Assembly (NCBI GenBank): GCA_016748015.1
Contig: JAAOMT010000117.1
Location: 1-33,217 of the forward strand
DNA from: Geosiphon pyriformis uo1
Lineage: Eukaryota; Fungi; Glomeromycota
Reading direction: 5' to 3'
Length of the DNA stretch: 33,217 bases
Part shown: one piece after another, positions 1-10,949 of the stretch
Position numbering within the stretch: position 1 is the stretch's first letter
How the letters are laid out: every line of letters begins with the position of its first letter
Notes under the pieces: generated by a model
Database searches by the model: none
Told to the model about the DNA's origin: nothing
Seen by the model: the letters and a program-made list of their open reading frames with translations, nothing else
Translations under genes and position numbers: made by a program

Positions 1-1013
1 ATATATGTAACTTTAAAACTTATTAAATAAAAGTTTATGTATTTTAATTTGAAAATAAAACAAATTTAATAATGTTATTTTTATGTATTAATTAAATATA
101 ATTTAATTAAAACTTAAAATATGTAACAAAAATATTATTTACATATTTTTTATATGTAATCAGTAATTTAAACTTATATTAAACTATATGTATTTAACAA
201 CTTTTTATTTAAATATTAATTTAATTTTTATTTTAAACATTATATATTTAAGTTTTAATAACTTTATTATTACTTTTATATTAATACTTTATATTTTTAC
301 AAAATTTTTATTTTTATTACTATTTTATAAGATAATAATTTTTTTGTCTTAAATTTAATAGTTATTATTAATAATACTATAATTTAAAAAAATCATAAAT
401 AGAACTATTTATGGTTTTATAAATAATATTTTTAGACAAAAATTTAAAAATTTGATTAAAAATATTAAAAACTTAAATAATAAAATAAATTTAATTTTAA
501 AAATACTTTTAGATAATATTTGTATTAAATAATTTAAAAATATAAAAAGTAATTTTGCAAAAATAATAAAATTTTTTTTAAATACTAAATAAAAAATACA
601 TAATAAAAGTAAAATTTTATTATACTTTTAATTAAATACTTTAAAACTAAAAAAATAAATACAAATAAAATAATAGTTTTTTTATTTTTATATTTTATTG
701 CTTTAAGATTTAAATAATTAAATCTAAAAGTTTTTATTAAAAAAATTTAATTTTAAATATTAATTTATTAATAATTGTCAAAAAATTATTTTTTATAATA
801 AATAATTTTAAAAGACTATTATTTTTTTAAAAGTTTAAAAAATTATATACAAAATAATAATAATAGAAATAAATACAATAAAACTTTTTTTTTTCTACAT
901 CTAAAATTTCTTAAAAAGCACTTTTCTGAAAAAAAGTTTTTATTTTTTTTTTCAATATTTCTTTAATTAATAATCTTTTTGTTATAACTTTGAAGACTGT
1001 TTCAAGTAGTAAT

Positions 1014-2837
1014 ATGTCTAAAAAAAACATCTAAAAGTATTTTTTATGGTTCTACTGGTGGCTTTTTTTTTCAAAAAAAGAGGGTTGTTTTTAAAAATGT
1101 AAAACACTTTGGTAATGAAAAAAATATCTCTTTGGTCAAGTCTGAGTTTGACAATAGTGTGTATTCTGATATGAACAGTATGTCTAGTAATAATAAAGAC
1201 AATAATATAGTTGGTATTGATAGTAGGTCTTTTCTGGATTCAGCTGTGACTACTTCTAAAGCAAAAAAAATAGTTACTGGTTTGAATTATGGTTCTCTTT
1301 TTGGCTTTATTAGTTTGAAATAAATAAAAAATTGGGCTTCTTCCATTTTCTCTTAATATTTCTTTGGATAAAAAATAAGTGAATTTTAAAGTAATAAAAA
1401 CTCAAGTAGAAGTATTTGTTAGGAAATTATTTGCTTTAAATATTAATTTCTTTGTAGTGGAAAACAAATCAGCAACAGCAAAAACTTAGTTAATAAAAAA
1501 TTGTTTTTAATTATCAATAATTTTGGGAAAGTCACTACTTTTTCAAAATTTGAAAAAATTATCAAATTTATCTTTATTTTAGAAGCAAACATAGAAAAAG
1601 CCACATTATTGGCCAGAAAAAAAAGAATCAATGTAAATAGCAATTTCAAGAAACAAAAAGTATGCTCAGATTAGACTATGATTATTAAGGAAATTTCCAT
1701 GTTGTCACAGTATTTGAGTTTGGTCAAATTGTGTCTATTAAAATTCAATTTATTGAAATATAGCAGAAGACTGTAGTGGAATTTGCTGAATCAGGTCAAG
1801 TAGATTAACTGGTAGCAAAATAGTCATTCTTAATTAAGAAAAACTTAATACATATAGCTAAAACTGTAAAAGATTAAGAAACTTGGATGTTTAGAAATTA
1901 ATTTAAAGTGTTTTTGTTTATCTTGTTTGTAAAAATGACTGTTTATAATTTGGATACTCTTTTGGAAGAAGCTGGTAAGAAAACATGTGTCATTAATTAC
2001 TCACTTGAGACTGGCAACTGGGTTCACTGTGCTGTGATTGGTTTTAAATCTAATAAAAATCTAGAATTTGTCTTTTGCACAGAGCAAATTTCTGATGGTA
2101 TTAAACTTTTATAAGCCAGAATATATTTGATTCAGTATAATAAGTGTGAAAAGTTTGGTTATTCTGCTTTAAAGTATAATACAACTAATACATCCACTTT
2201 AAAGCCTTTAAAGCTATTTAAAAAAACAGTTTCAGATGCAAATTATCTCTAATTAGCAAAACTATATGCTAAAAAAAACATTTCTGTTTCTTATTCTGCT
2301 GTTTTTAGTAGCAAATTATAGACTCAAGTAGTTTTGGTAGCATCTGTTTTACATGATTCATTTTTTGGTTCTGGTTTTGGCTCTTTTTCTTCAAGTATTT
2401 TTGGCTTTAATAGAATTTTCTCTTTTATTTCGACAGTTAAATCTTTTTTGGATGATTATTTGACTTCTTTAGAATGCTTTTTGAAGCTCTTGGCAAATCA
2501 GGTGTTTAATATCATAAAAAAATTGAGTTTTGTAAATTTGGTACCACTAGCACTTGTTACTCATATTTTTTTTCTGGCTGTTATAGTGCTTTTGATTTCA
2601 AACTCAAATTCAAATATAATCTTAAGTAATTTACTACTTCTACTTATTCTCTTTTTCTTAACAGCAAAGAATTTAAATTCAGATCTTGGTTTAAGTAATT
2701 CAAAAATTTTAACCACTAAGATGAGTGGCTTAGAATCAAAAATGGTGGTTTTCAAAATATTAGTTAATTCAGATTTGACTAGATTGGATCAGTTGTGTTC
2801 TGGCTCAAGTTTTCTGGTTTTTTTTTTTTCTTAATAA
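1014..2837 (+). pseudogene. LINE ORF1 pseudogene (nucleic-acid-binding protein with decayed CCHC knuckle, Ser-rich linker and C-terminal coiled coil)
   Basis: ATG at 1014 (MSKK...; true start may be slightly upstream). YNKCEKFGYSALKY at 2136-2177 is CX2CX4HX4C with C>Y/H>Y changes. KMSGLESKMVVFKILVNSDLTRLD near the end. Homologous to ORF fragments 27399-28945 (-). Confidence 0.75.
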
Positions 2838-5622
2838 CCAATTTAGTGTGAAAATTTACTATATGTAATATTTGAGATATCAATGTTCTTATAAAACAGA
2901 ATAACATTGTTTATTGGCATACTAATTTGGGTAATATGGTTTTTTTTATAACAGAAACAAAGCTAAGATTTAGTATCAAGTTGTGAATTGCAAATAAATT
3001 TGATGAAGTAAGAGTTTTCACATCTGGTTTAGAAAAAAGTTTTTTAGTACTAGTGTAGCCATTATTATAAACAATTTTTTGGCTTAACATGTTTTAAAAG
3101 TAAAAGAAGTTTATAGTTATGTTATTTCTATGCAATTTTTTTTCAAAGGCAAACTTTTGGTAATGGTTTTGGGTTTATATGCTGATGTTTCTACTAAAAC
3201 CAGATTTAATTAGGCATCAGCTGTTAATTTTTTCATTGTTAAAACAGTTAACTCCAGTAATTTCGTGGTCTTGGGTAGAGATTTTAATAAAAATAGTTCT
3301 AAGAAAAGTACAAGTTTTAAATTTTGTTTAAGTTTGGGTTTAATCAACTTATTTAGGAGACACTTATTGGTTAAGATTTTTATTTGGTATAATTTAAGAG
3401 ATGTGAAAAAGATCATTGATTACATTTTTGTGAATAAAAGTTTGGCATCTTTGGTAACCAGTCATATGGTTGAATTTGTAATTGAATTCTTTAATATTAA
3501 TCACAAGACTGTTTTGGTGTTAATTGGTTTGGGTGGACTCTTGAATATTTATTTAAATAGCATATATAAGCAAGCTAATAAGGACTATTAAATGTTTAAG
3601 ATTAAAGATACAAATGATACCAAGTAAATAAGATTTAAAGAATGCTTTTCTGTCAAGTTTTTGGTAGTAGAAAACTCATTTTTAAGTGTTAAGACTTGTG
3701 GTAATTTAAATACTATGTGGACACTACTTAAAAAGATTATGATGAAATCAGCTAATAAAATATTTTCTAAATATTGGTTTAGCAAGCTTCTGTGTTCAAA
3801 AAACAAACACTTTTTTAAGTTTTTTGGTTTGGAATTACTTATTGTTAAGACTGTTAAGAAGCTTAACTTTGGTAATACACTTGGTTTTAATTGTTTTTGT
3901 TAAGAAATGGTTGACTTTAATAGTAATAAGACTTTTAAAGTCATAAACATAGTTTAAAATAATATAAAATCAATGGATATTCTTAAACATTTGTCTTCAG
4001 TCTGTAAAAAATACAAAAAATTTAAGATATATGAATCAAGATTAACTAAAGAGGCATTTATCAGGAAAGCTATCAAAAGATACATAAAAAACTTTTGTAC
4101 TAATAAAAGAAATATTATTAGAAGTATTTTGAATTGGTCTTTTTACAAGATAGTTTTGGATTACTTAATAGTAAATAGCAAATTGGTTTTGAAACCAAAG
4201 AAGATAAAGCTCAATATTAACAAAATTATAAAGAGTTAGACAAGAAAGTGAACTGTGTCTACTGTGATATTTAATCTTTGAACTTATCAATATGTGTTAT
4301 TAGATTATTTAAATATAATGTTTTTTCTAACATAATAAGAGTAATTAGTATGGAAAAGTTGTTTTTAGTAATAAATAGTTTGCCTAATAGCAAGGCTGCT
4401 GGTTTGTTTAACATTTTAAATGAACTTTGAAAGCATAGTAGTAATAAAGTAGTAGGATGTCTTTTGAATTTATTAAATATATGTTTGTCTATTAAGAGTG
4501 TTTTTGTGTTGTAGAAAAGAGCTTGGGTCTCAATAATTCCTAAATCTTATAATTGGGATGAGGTGTTAACAAATATTTATCTTATTGTTTTGATTAAAAC
4601 TGCCAAAAAGATTCTATACAAAATTCTATTTAATTGAATTTTGTTTGTATATAGTAAGTTTGGTGTTTTTTGTGGTAATAATTTTTCAGTTTTAAAGGAT
4701 ACTTCTACTTAGTCTTTGGTGTTTGTTGTTGGGTTAACGGTTGAAAATGCTCTAGAAAAAAACAAAAAACTCTGGTGGGTTTTACAAGATATGTACAAAG
4801 CTTATAACTTAATTGGCTGGCACTACTTAAGAACTAGCTTGTGATAAATTAAAATATGTAATAGATTCATCAAATTTTTTGGTAGCATACATAAAGATAG
4901 AATCAATAGAATAATGACTGATTTTGGTTTTTCAAAAGACTATAAATTACATAATAGATTGAATTAAGATAAAGTTTTCTCATCTTTTCTTTGGAAAATT
5001 TTTACAATCCTCTTTTGTGCAAGGTTAAAAGACATGAAAATTTATGCAGATATCAAATCAATACTAAGTTTGTGACAAAGACTAATAGAGTCAAAAATAC
5101 TGGTAAGATGTCTTTTTTTTTTGCAGCTGGTGTTTTTGTGAACAATACAATTTGGGTTGGAAACTGCCAAGTCTTTACACAGTATGCTTTGAACATTGCT
5201 AATGAATTTTTTTTAATCAATAATAAAAAAATAATCATTATTCTTATAAATTAAGATGTCAAAATTGTTTCTTTGAGACTTAGTAACCAGCCTATTTTAA
5301 TTGTCAAGAAAAGCAAAGTGTACAAATATTTGAAGATATTTTTATTGACTAAAAGATTGTCTAAATTTAGTCTTGCCACAGCTCATTCTAATGTTCAGTT
5401 TTTTATTAATATAGTATTCAAGAAAGCTATTACAGAAAAACAGTTTTTTTACTTGGTGTCAACCATTTTACAACCTATAATTAATTATAAGACTTAGTTT
5501 AATTTTGTTTTATCAAGTATATATCACAAGTAAAATGTTATGATTAGAAAAAGTCTCAGGTCTAAGGTTGGTCTGCTTCATAATTTTTTTAATATGATTT
5601 TGCATTATTTTTTCTTGTATAG
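2834..5622 (+). pseudogene. LINE ORF2 pseudogene: apurinic-type endonuclease plus reverse transcriptase
   Basis: CNI*DIN (CNVRGIN-like), ITETKL, VLGRDFN and IDYIFV endonuclease motifs. RT region: AWVSIIPK, LIKTAKKIL, LQDMYKAYNLIGW, and FVNNTIW at 5135-5155 (FVDD in copy 2). Confidence 0.9.
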
Positions 5623-5815
5623 TATTACTAGAGATTTTTGATCTCTTTTCTTAAATGTTGTTAATATCTAATTGCTGTGAATTTATGTTTTTTAAAAGTA
5701 GTTTAATCTTTAATAGCTGAATTTATCTCTTCAAATTATTTTTTATAATTTGAACTGCTGGGCTTATAAGTGGAATAGCCAATTTCATGTCAAGTACTTT
5801 GTGTAGTTATATTGT
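5623..5815 (-). repeat. Terminal (U5) 193 bp of an LTR2-family LTR in minus orientation
   Basis: Reverse complement of ~12447-12638. TATTACTAGAG at 5623 pairs with CTCTAGTAACA ending at 12638. Confidence 0.85.
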
Positions 5816-5921
5816 CCAACTTGTCTAATATTTTCTTATTTGAATTTGAAGCCAATAAATTATTATTTTTACTTAGTAATGCAATAATCAATGAACAAAA
5901 AGCAATTACAACTATATAAAC
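5816..5921 (+). pseudogene. Short Ty3/Gypsy Gag-protease linker fragment
   Basis: Reads roughly NLSNIFLFEFEANKLLFLLSNAIINEQKAITTI*T. Homologous to the pre-protease segment on the minus strand at ~14990-15095 (ATIFSFKI...KPIITIYTN). Confidence 0.65.
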
Positions 5922-6490
5922 TGTTACTTATAGAAAATAGTAAGTATATTAACATATAAATTAGCCAATCAAAAGTAGATATAGTAAATATGAAATTCTA
6001 TGATTTCACTTAAAAGAATTACAAAATTCCAGAAATTTCAAAATTCTCATATAAGAAATTACAGAATTACAGAATTCCAGGATTTTTCTTAAAAGAATTG
6101 TAAGATTCCAGAAATTCCAGGATTCCTGACATGAAAAATTAAAAAATTGAGGAATCTCAAATATGTATATATAGCAGTAGTATTAGAAACAAAAAAGGCA
6201 GATCTCTCAGTTTAAATTTAATCTAAGCAACTTTCCAAAATCACAAATATCAATAAATAACTATTTATTATCTCAAATCTATTTTCTATTATTAACACTT
6301 TATGTTAATAGCAATTAATACTTAATTATACTAAAACAATAGCTTTTGATTATGGTTATTGACAAAATACTAACTTGTAATTGCCTTGGTTTATTCTTTT
6401 TATCTTTTCATTATCTTTTTTGTTTTGTTTTCTTTATTTTTTGTCATGTTTACTAATTGATTAAAAATTAAGCACTGAGTTATAAAGATC
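5922..6490 (+). repeat. LTR1-family LTR (5' LTR of a gag-only remnant)
   Basis: Starts TGTTAC at 5922. Inverted homologues at 17621-18143, 20521-21122 and 24010-24358. 3' end approximate. Confidence 0.8.
5963..6180 (+). promoter_or_regulatory. Putative LTR U3 promoter: CCAAT box, ~9-bp tandem repeats and TATA-like box
   Basis: AGCCAATC at 5963-5970 (also present inverted at ~18093-18100), GAATTCCAG-like repeats at 6010-6130, and TATATATA at 6166-6173 with a TATA-like counterpart in all four LTR1 copies. Confidence 0.45.
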
Positions 6491-6559
6491 ATAAAAACTG
6501 GTAAAAGACCCATAAAAAAAGGGTAGAACACTCATAGATTTGAGAATAGCTTACCAAAA

Positions 6560-8030
6560 AAATTACTGGTCATTACACTGAAAAAAAAATTAATAGAATT
6601 GTGGTTCTAAGAAATTATAGAAAAACCACACTTGAATTTCTGTTTATTATACAAAAAACTCAACCAAAATCTTTAGAAACAAAACCTTCAGATTATCAAT
6701 ATCATTAATATATTTATTAAGCACCAAGTTCTGGGTTTATTATTTGATTTGAAACCCCAAATAATTACTTGTAACATTTGGTGCTCTCTGTAAAGTATAA
6801 TTTAACAGAGAACTGGCACCAACAGCATTTATCCAAAACAGTGGCAGAATCCAAAAAAACAAGGACAAACCATTTGGAATTTGCAAAATTTTTATTCTAA
6901 TATTACCACACCTACTTCGGATTAACAAATAATAGTTGGCCAACAGAATCAGTTTTCAATTGCTATGTTAATGAAAGAATAATATATTATTTTGGAGGCC
7001 AAGAAGATTCAGAATCTGTTTTCAACAATTTTTTTAATGAACTACTCCAAAACACTACCCTTCTACAAAACTATTTATTTGGACTCCTAATCACAGAAAT
7101 AAACAGGGAAATTGAAAAATACACCAAACAAAAATTTCTTATTACTTTTGCTAACAAAGAAAAAAAAAATTACAAACACCTACAAGAACTCCAAAACAAA
7201 TGCAACTACCTACTTGGAAAAAACAAAGATTTGATTCACCTGTCAATCTATTATATTATCATACACTCAGAAGCATTATTAATATAACTTTAATAGACAT
7301 GCCCACCACAAATGTGATAATACTATTAAATAGAATCTCATTCCAAAGTAAACAAAAGAAAGCAGAGTTACTAGAAACATATAGAAATTATTTTGAGAGA
7401 TTTAAATCACAATTCCCAACATCATTAGAAACTTGATCACCACTATTACAACCAGATTTTGGAGCTGTTAGTTCTTGAGAAATAACCAACTCGGAGAAGA
7501 AAAAGATAGTAATTAAGAAATTAACAGGTGAAACCTGATCCTAAAAAATCCAGAAATTAAAACTCTAATTAATTAAACTCTAAAAAATTAGAATAATTCA
7601 AACCCCAACATTATTAATTAGAAAAATTTATCTCCAATAATTATGATTGATTTACTACTAGCTCCACCAATTGCCAAACAGCAACAGCAACAATCACAAT
7701 CACCATCTCAGTAGTAACTACAACAGCAATCTCAATTTCCACCACAATTACAACTACTATTAGCACCAATAATATTTGCTTTAATTGCCAAACTTAAGAA
7801 ATTTACTGGCAAAGAAAACAACACTCAAATATGGCTTAACAATGTGGGAAAAGCCATTACTGCTAATAGATAAGATGATGTTAAAGCCTTCCAAGCCATT
7901 CCATATTTCCTTCAAAATACTGCCAATTTGTAGTATTAAAGCTTGGTTGCCAAATTCCAAACTTTTGATGAATTCAAGACTGAATTTTTGAGGTACTTCA
8001 ATAACAATAATAGCATCAACTAATTAGCCA
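6560..8030 (+). pseudogene. gag: Ty3/Gypsy gag pseudogene, C-terminally truncated
   Basis: Capsid-like segment IAKLKKFTGKENNTQIWLNNVGKAITAN...AIPYFLQNTA...FDEFKTEFLRYF at ~7783-8000, preceded by a Q/P-rich tract. Inverted homologue at 16122-17560. Confidence 0.8.
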
Positions 8031-10895
8031 CCTTATTGAAAAAAACTCTCTTAAATTAACATAAGTCTCTTAAAACTCTAACAACAAAGACAATTAAAAC
8101 AACTAATTGCTGTATATGTTAATATATTCATCAAAGATAACAATAATTTGAAAAAAACTAACATATTATAACATCAAATCCATATAGTAAATGCTCCACC
8201 AAAATGCTAACAAATCTATCTAATTTTACTTATTAGCCATTAGTTCATTAAAGAAAAAGTACAATAGATGCTCAAAAATAGTTTTATATAACTATCAAAA
8301 AGCTCTTAGGCCTTACCAGTTGTTCTTGTAAAAAAAAATAGAAAAATCAGATTTTGTGTCAATTATTGTTATTTGAATAGTATTACAATTAGAGATGGCT
8401 ATCCTCTATTAAGAATTGACAACATACTAAATGCTTTAGAAAAAGCCAAGTTCTTCTTAACTTTAAACTTGGAAAGTGAATATTAACAAGTTAAAATGAA
8501 CTCCAAGAATTAATCCAAGACAGTATTTACTATTTAAAGTAAAAATTATGAATTTAATATTATACTTTTTAGACTTTGTAATACATCAGCAACATTTTAA
8601 CAACTTATAGATGTTGTTTATAAAAAACTATTGTGGCAATTAGTAGTTGTTTATCTTGATAACACTAATATATACTCTCTAATATTTAAAGCTCATTTGA
8701 TCCACTTATAAGAAATATTTTAACAATTACAAAAAACAGAACTGAAATTAAACATTAAAAAATGTCATTTTGAAAAAACAAGCTTAATTTTCCTTAGACA
8801 CATTGTTAGCAAAAATGGAATCCAACCCAATTCAAGAACAATTAGTGCTGTCAAAAACTTCAAAACTTGCCAAAATACTACAGAACTAAGAGAATTTGTT
8901 GGATTAGTTTTTTACTATTGAAAATTTATTAAAGAATTTTTTGAAATTACAAAATCACTTAACTATTTTACCAACAAAAATGTTCTATATAATAGATTAA
9001 TAAACAACAAAAAGCCTTTAAAATACTCAAAATAAAATTAACAACAGTTCTAGTTTTTGCTTAACAAACAGTTTTAACTAGCCACCAATGTTTTATTTAC
9101 AATATTTGGTGCCATTTTATCACAATTAAATGACAATAACAATGAACAAATAATTGTTTATGCTAGCAGAACACTAAAATCTCTAAAAATAAAATATGGT
9201 TTAATTGAATTAGAAGCAGCAGCTATTATATAGACCCTCAAATATTTTTAACAATATTTGGGAAATGACAAAGAATTTGATATTATCACAGATAATATTG
9301 GTTTTAAATGGCTTAACAAAAAAAAATCCAAACTTAGTACCAAACAATATTAATGGATTGGTTTCTTAACAGATTACAAATATATTATCCATCACAAATC
9401 TGGCAAATTATACACTAATATTAATAATTTTTCAAGAATGAGGCAAGATTAATACCAGCACTAATACCAACAAAATACCAACAACCTATTAGCTGAACAA
9501 ACAACAAAATTAATAACAATAGACCCAAAAACTTACAACAATATCAAACAATTTTTGGTGGCATTTATTTTATCAGAAAATTGGTCTTCAAGTGAAAAAC
9601 ACTAATTACAAAACTAATTAAAGCAATACTTTATTCATCATAACAAAATCTATTACTAAAATCACAAAAATCCAATCAATCCACTTAGATTAGTCTAAAA
9701 AAATGAGAAAAAAACCATCTTTTACAACATATACACTAACTTATTGTTAGCATATCTAAGGAGAAATAATATAATTTAAAGAACACTTGAACATTATTTT
9801 TGGTCTTACATATATAAAAATATTTGATAATATGTAGAATCTTGTAATAGTTGTCAAAAAAGAAGAGAAATTTGTCTTACTGAATCTTTAAATCCGATCA
9901 AAGTTGAACAACTTTTTAACAGAATAGGAAATAATTTAGTCGGACTATTACCTATTACTACTCAAGAAAACCAATATATAACAGTTGCAGTAGATTACCT
10001 TACTAAATGGCCTAAAACCAGAGCTATTTAAAAAACAGATGCAAAATCAGTAGTAAATTTCATCTACAAAAACATTATTTGTAGACATAGATGCCCAATT
10101 AAACTCTTATCTAATCAAAGAACACATTTTGTAAACAACTTAATGCAAAAAATTTGTGAACAATTCAATGTTTAAAAACTTTTATCATTATTTTACTACT
10201 TCCAAACAAATAAACTTATAGAATGTTTCAATTAGACACTGTGTAAATTACTAGCCAAAGTTTTAACCAATTTTGAACAAGAATAAAATATCTTTATTTT
10301 ATCAGTATTATTAGCATATAAAACACTAAAACAAAATACTACAAAACACATATTATTTGATCTTACCAATAAAAAAACAGCAATATTACCAATTAATTTT
10401 ACAGTAAATACATATTTAGTACAACCCAATACAAAAAAAAACTTCCAAAAAACTTTTCAACAAAGAGCTTACACTCTTTTTAGCACACTAGAAAAAAAAT
10501 AACAAATTGCAGCAACTTATATTGAACACTTTCAAGCCCAACAAAAAAAATAGCATGACAACAAATTGCTATCAGTTATCAATGAATTTAAAGTTAAAAA
10601 CAAAGTTTTCTTACACAGAACTAAGACTGAAAAACCATAAGGTAAAAAATTTAAACATATATGAAATAGACTATTTTATATTCATAAAATCTTAAGCAAT
10701 AGATTATACAAGTTAAAACTTGATGACAAAATCCTAACCAAAGTTGCACAAAGAGATTGACTATATTACTATTATTTTAGAAACAATCTTGAACTATTAA
10801 TTTCACAAATTAGTATATATTTTTTTTAATTAATCCTAAAAATATTTCTCGAAATTTAGAATCAATAGTTATAATAGAACAACAACAAATTTGAA
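8031..10895 (+). pseudogene. pol: Ty3/Gypsy pol pseudogene: RT - RNase H - integrase (HHCC, DDE core, GPY/F region), no chromodomain seen
   Basis: RT: PVVLVKK, RFCVNY, YPLLRID, VYLDN (~8650), FLRHIVS. RNase H: YASRTLK, ELEAAAI, ITDN. Integrase: YVESCNSCQK, VDYLTKWP, LSNQRTHF, QTNKLIECFN. Domain order RT-RH-IN is that of Ty3/Gypsy. Confidence 0.92.
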
Positions 10896-10949
10896 TATTT
10901 AATTTTATTAGTTATTTCTTTTAAAATACAGAAATATTAAAAACAAAAA

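Larger units (their letters stand above)
900..5622 (+). mobile_element. Decayed non-LTR retrotransposon (APE-type LINE), copy 1, 5' part; interrupted at 5622 by an LTR element
   Basis: ORF1-like region followed by endonuclease and RT motifs, colinear with copies at 24359-29460 (-) and 29475-33217 (+). Many stops and frameshifts. 5' boundary approximate. Confidence 0.9.

Noticed and set aside
6010-6130. CRISPR-like array
   Set aside because: Units are ~9 bp, degenerate and lack unique spacers. The context is a eukaryotic LTR with no cas genes.
8031-9450. Prokaryotic RT system (retron, DGR, group II intron)
   Set aside because: The RT is followed by RNase H, integrase, PPT and LTR, the standard Ty3/Gypsy layout.
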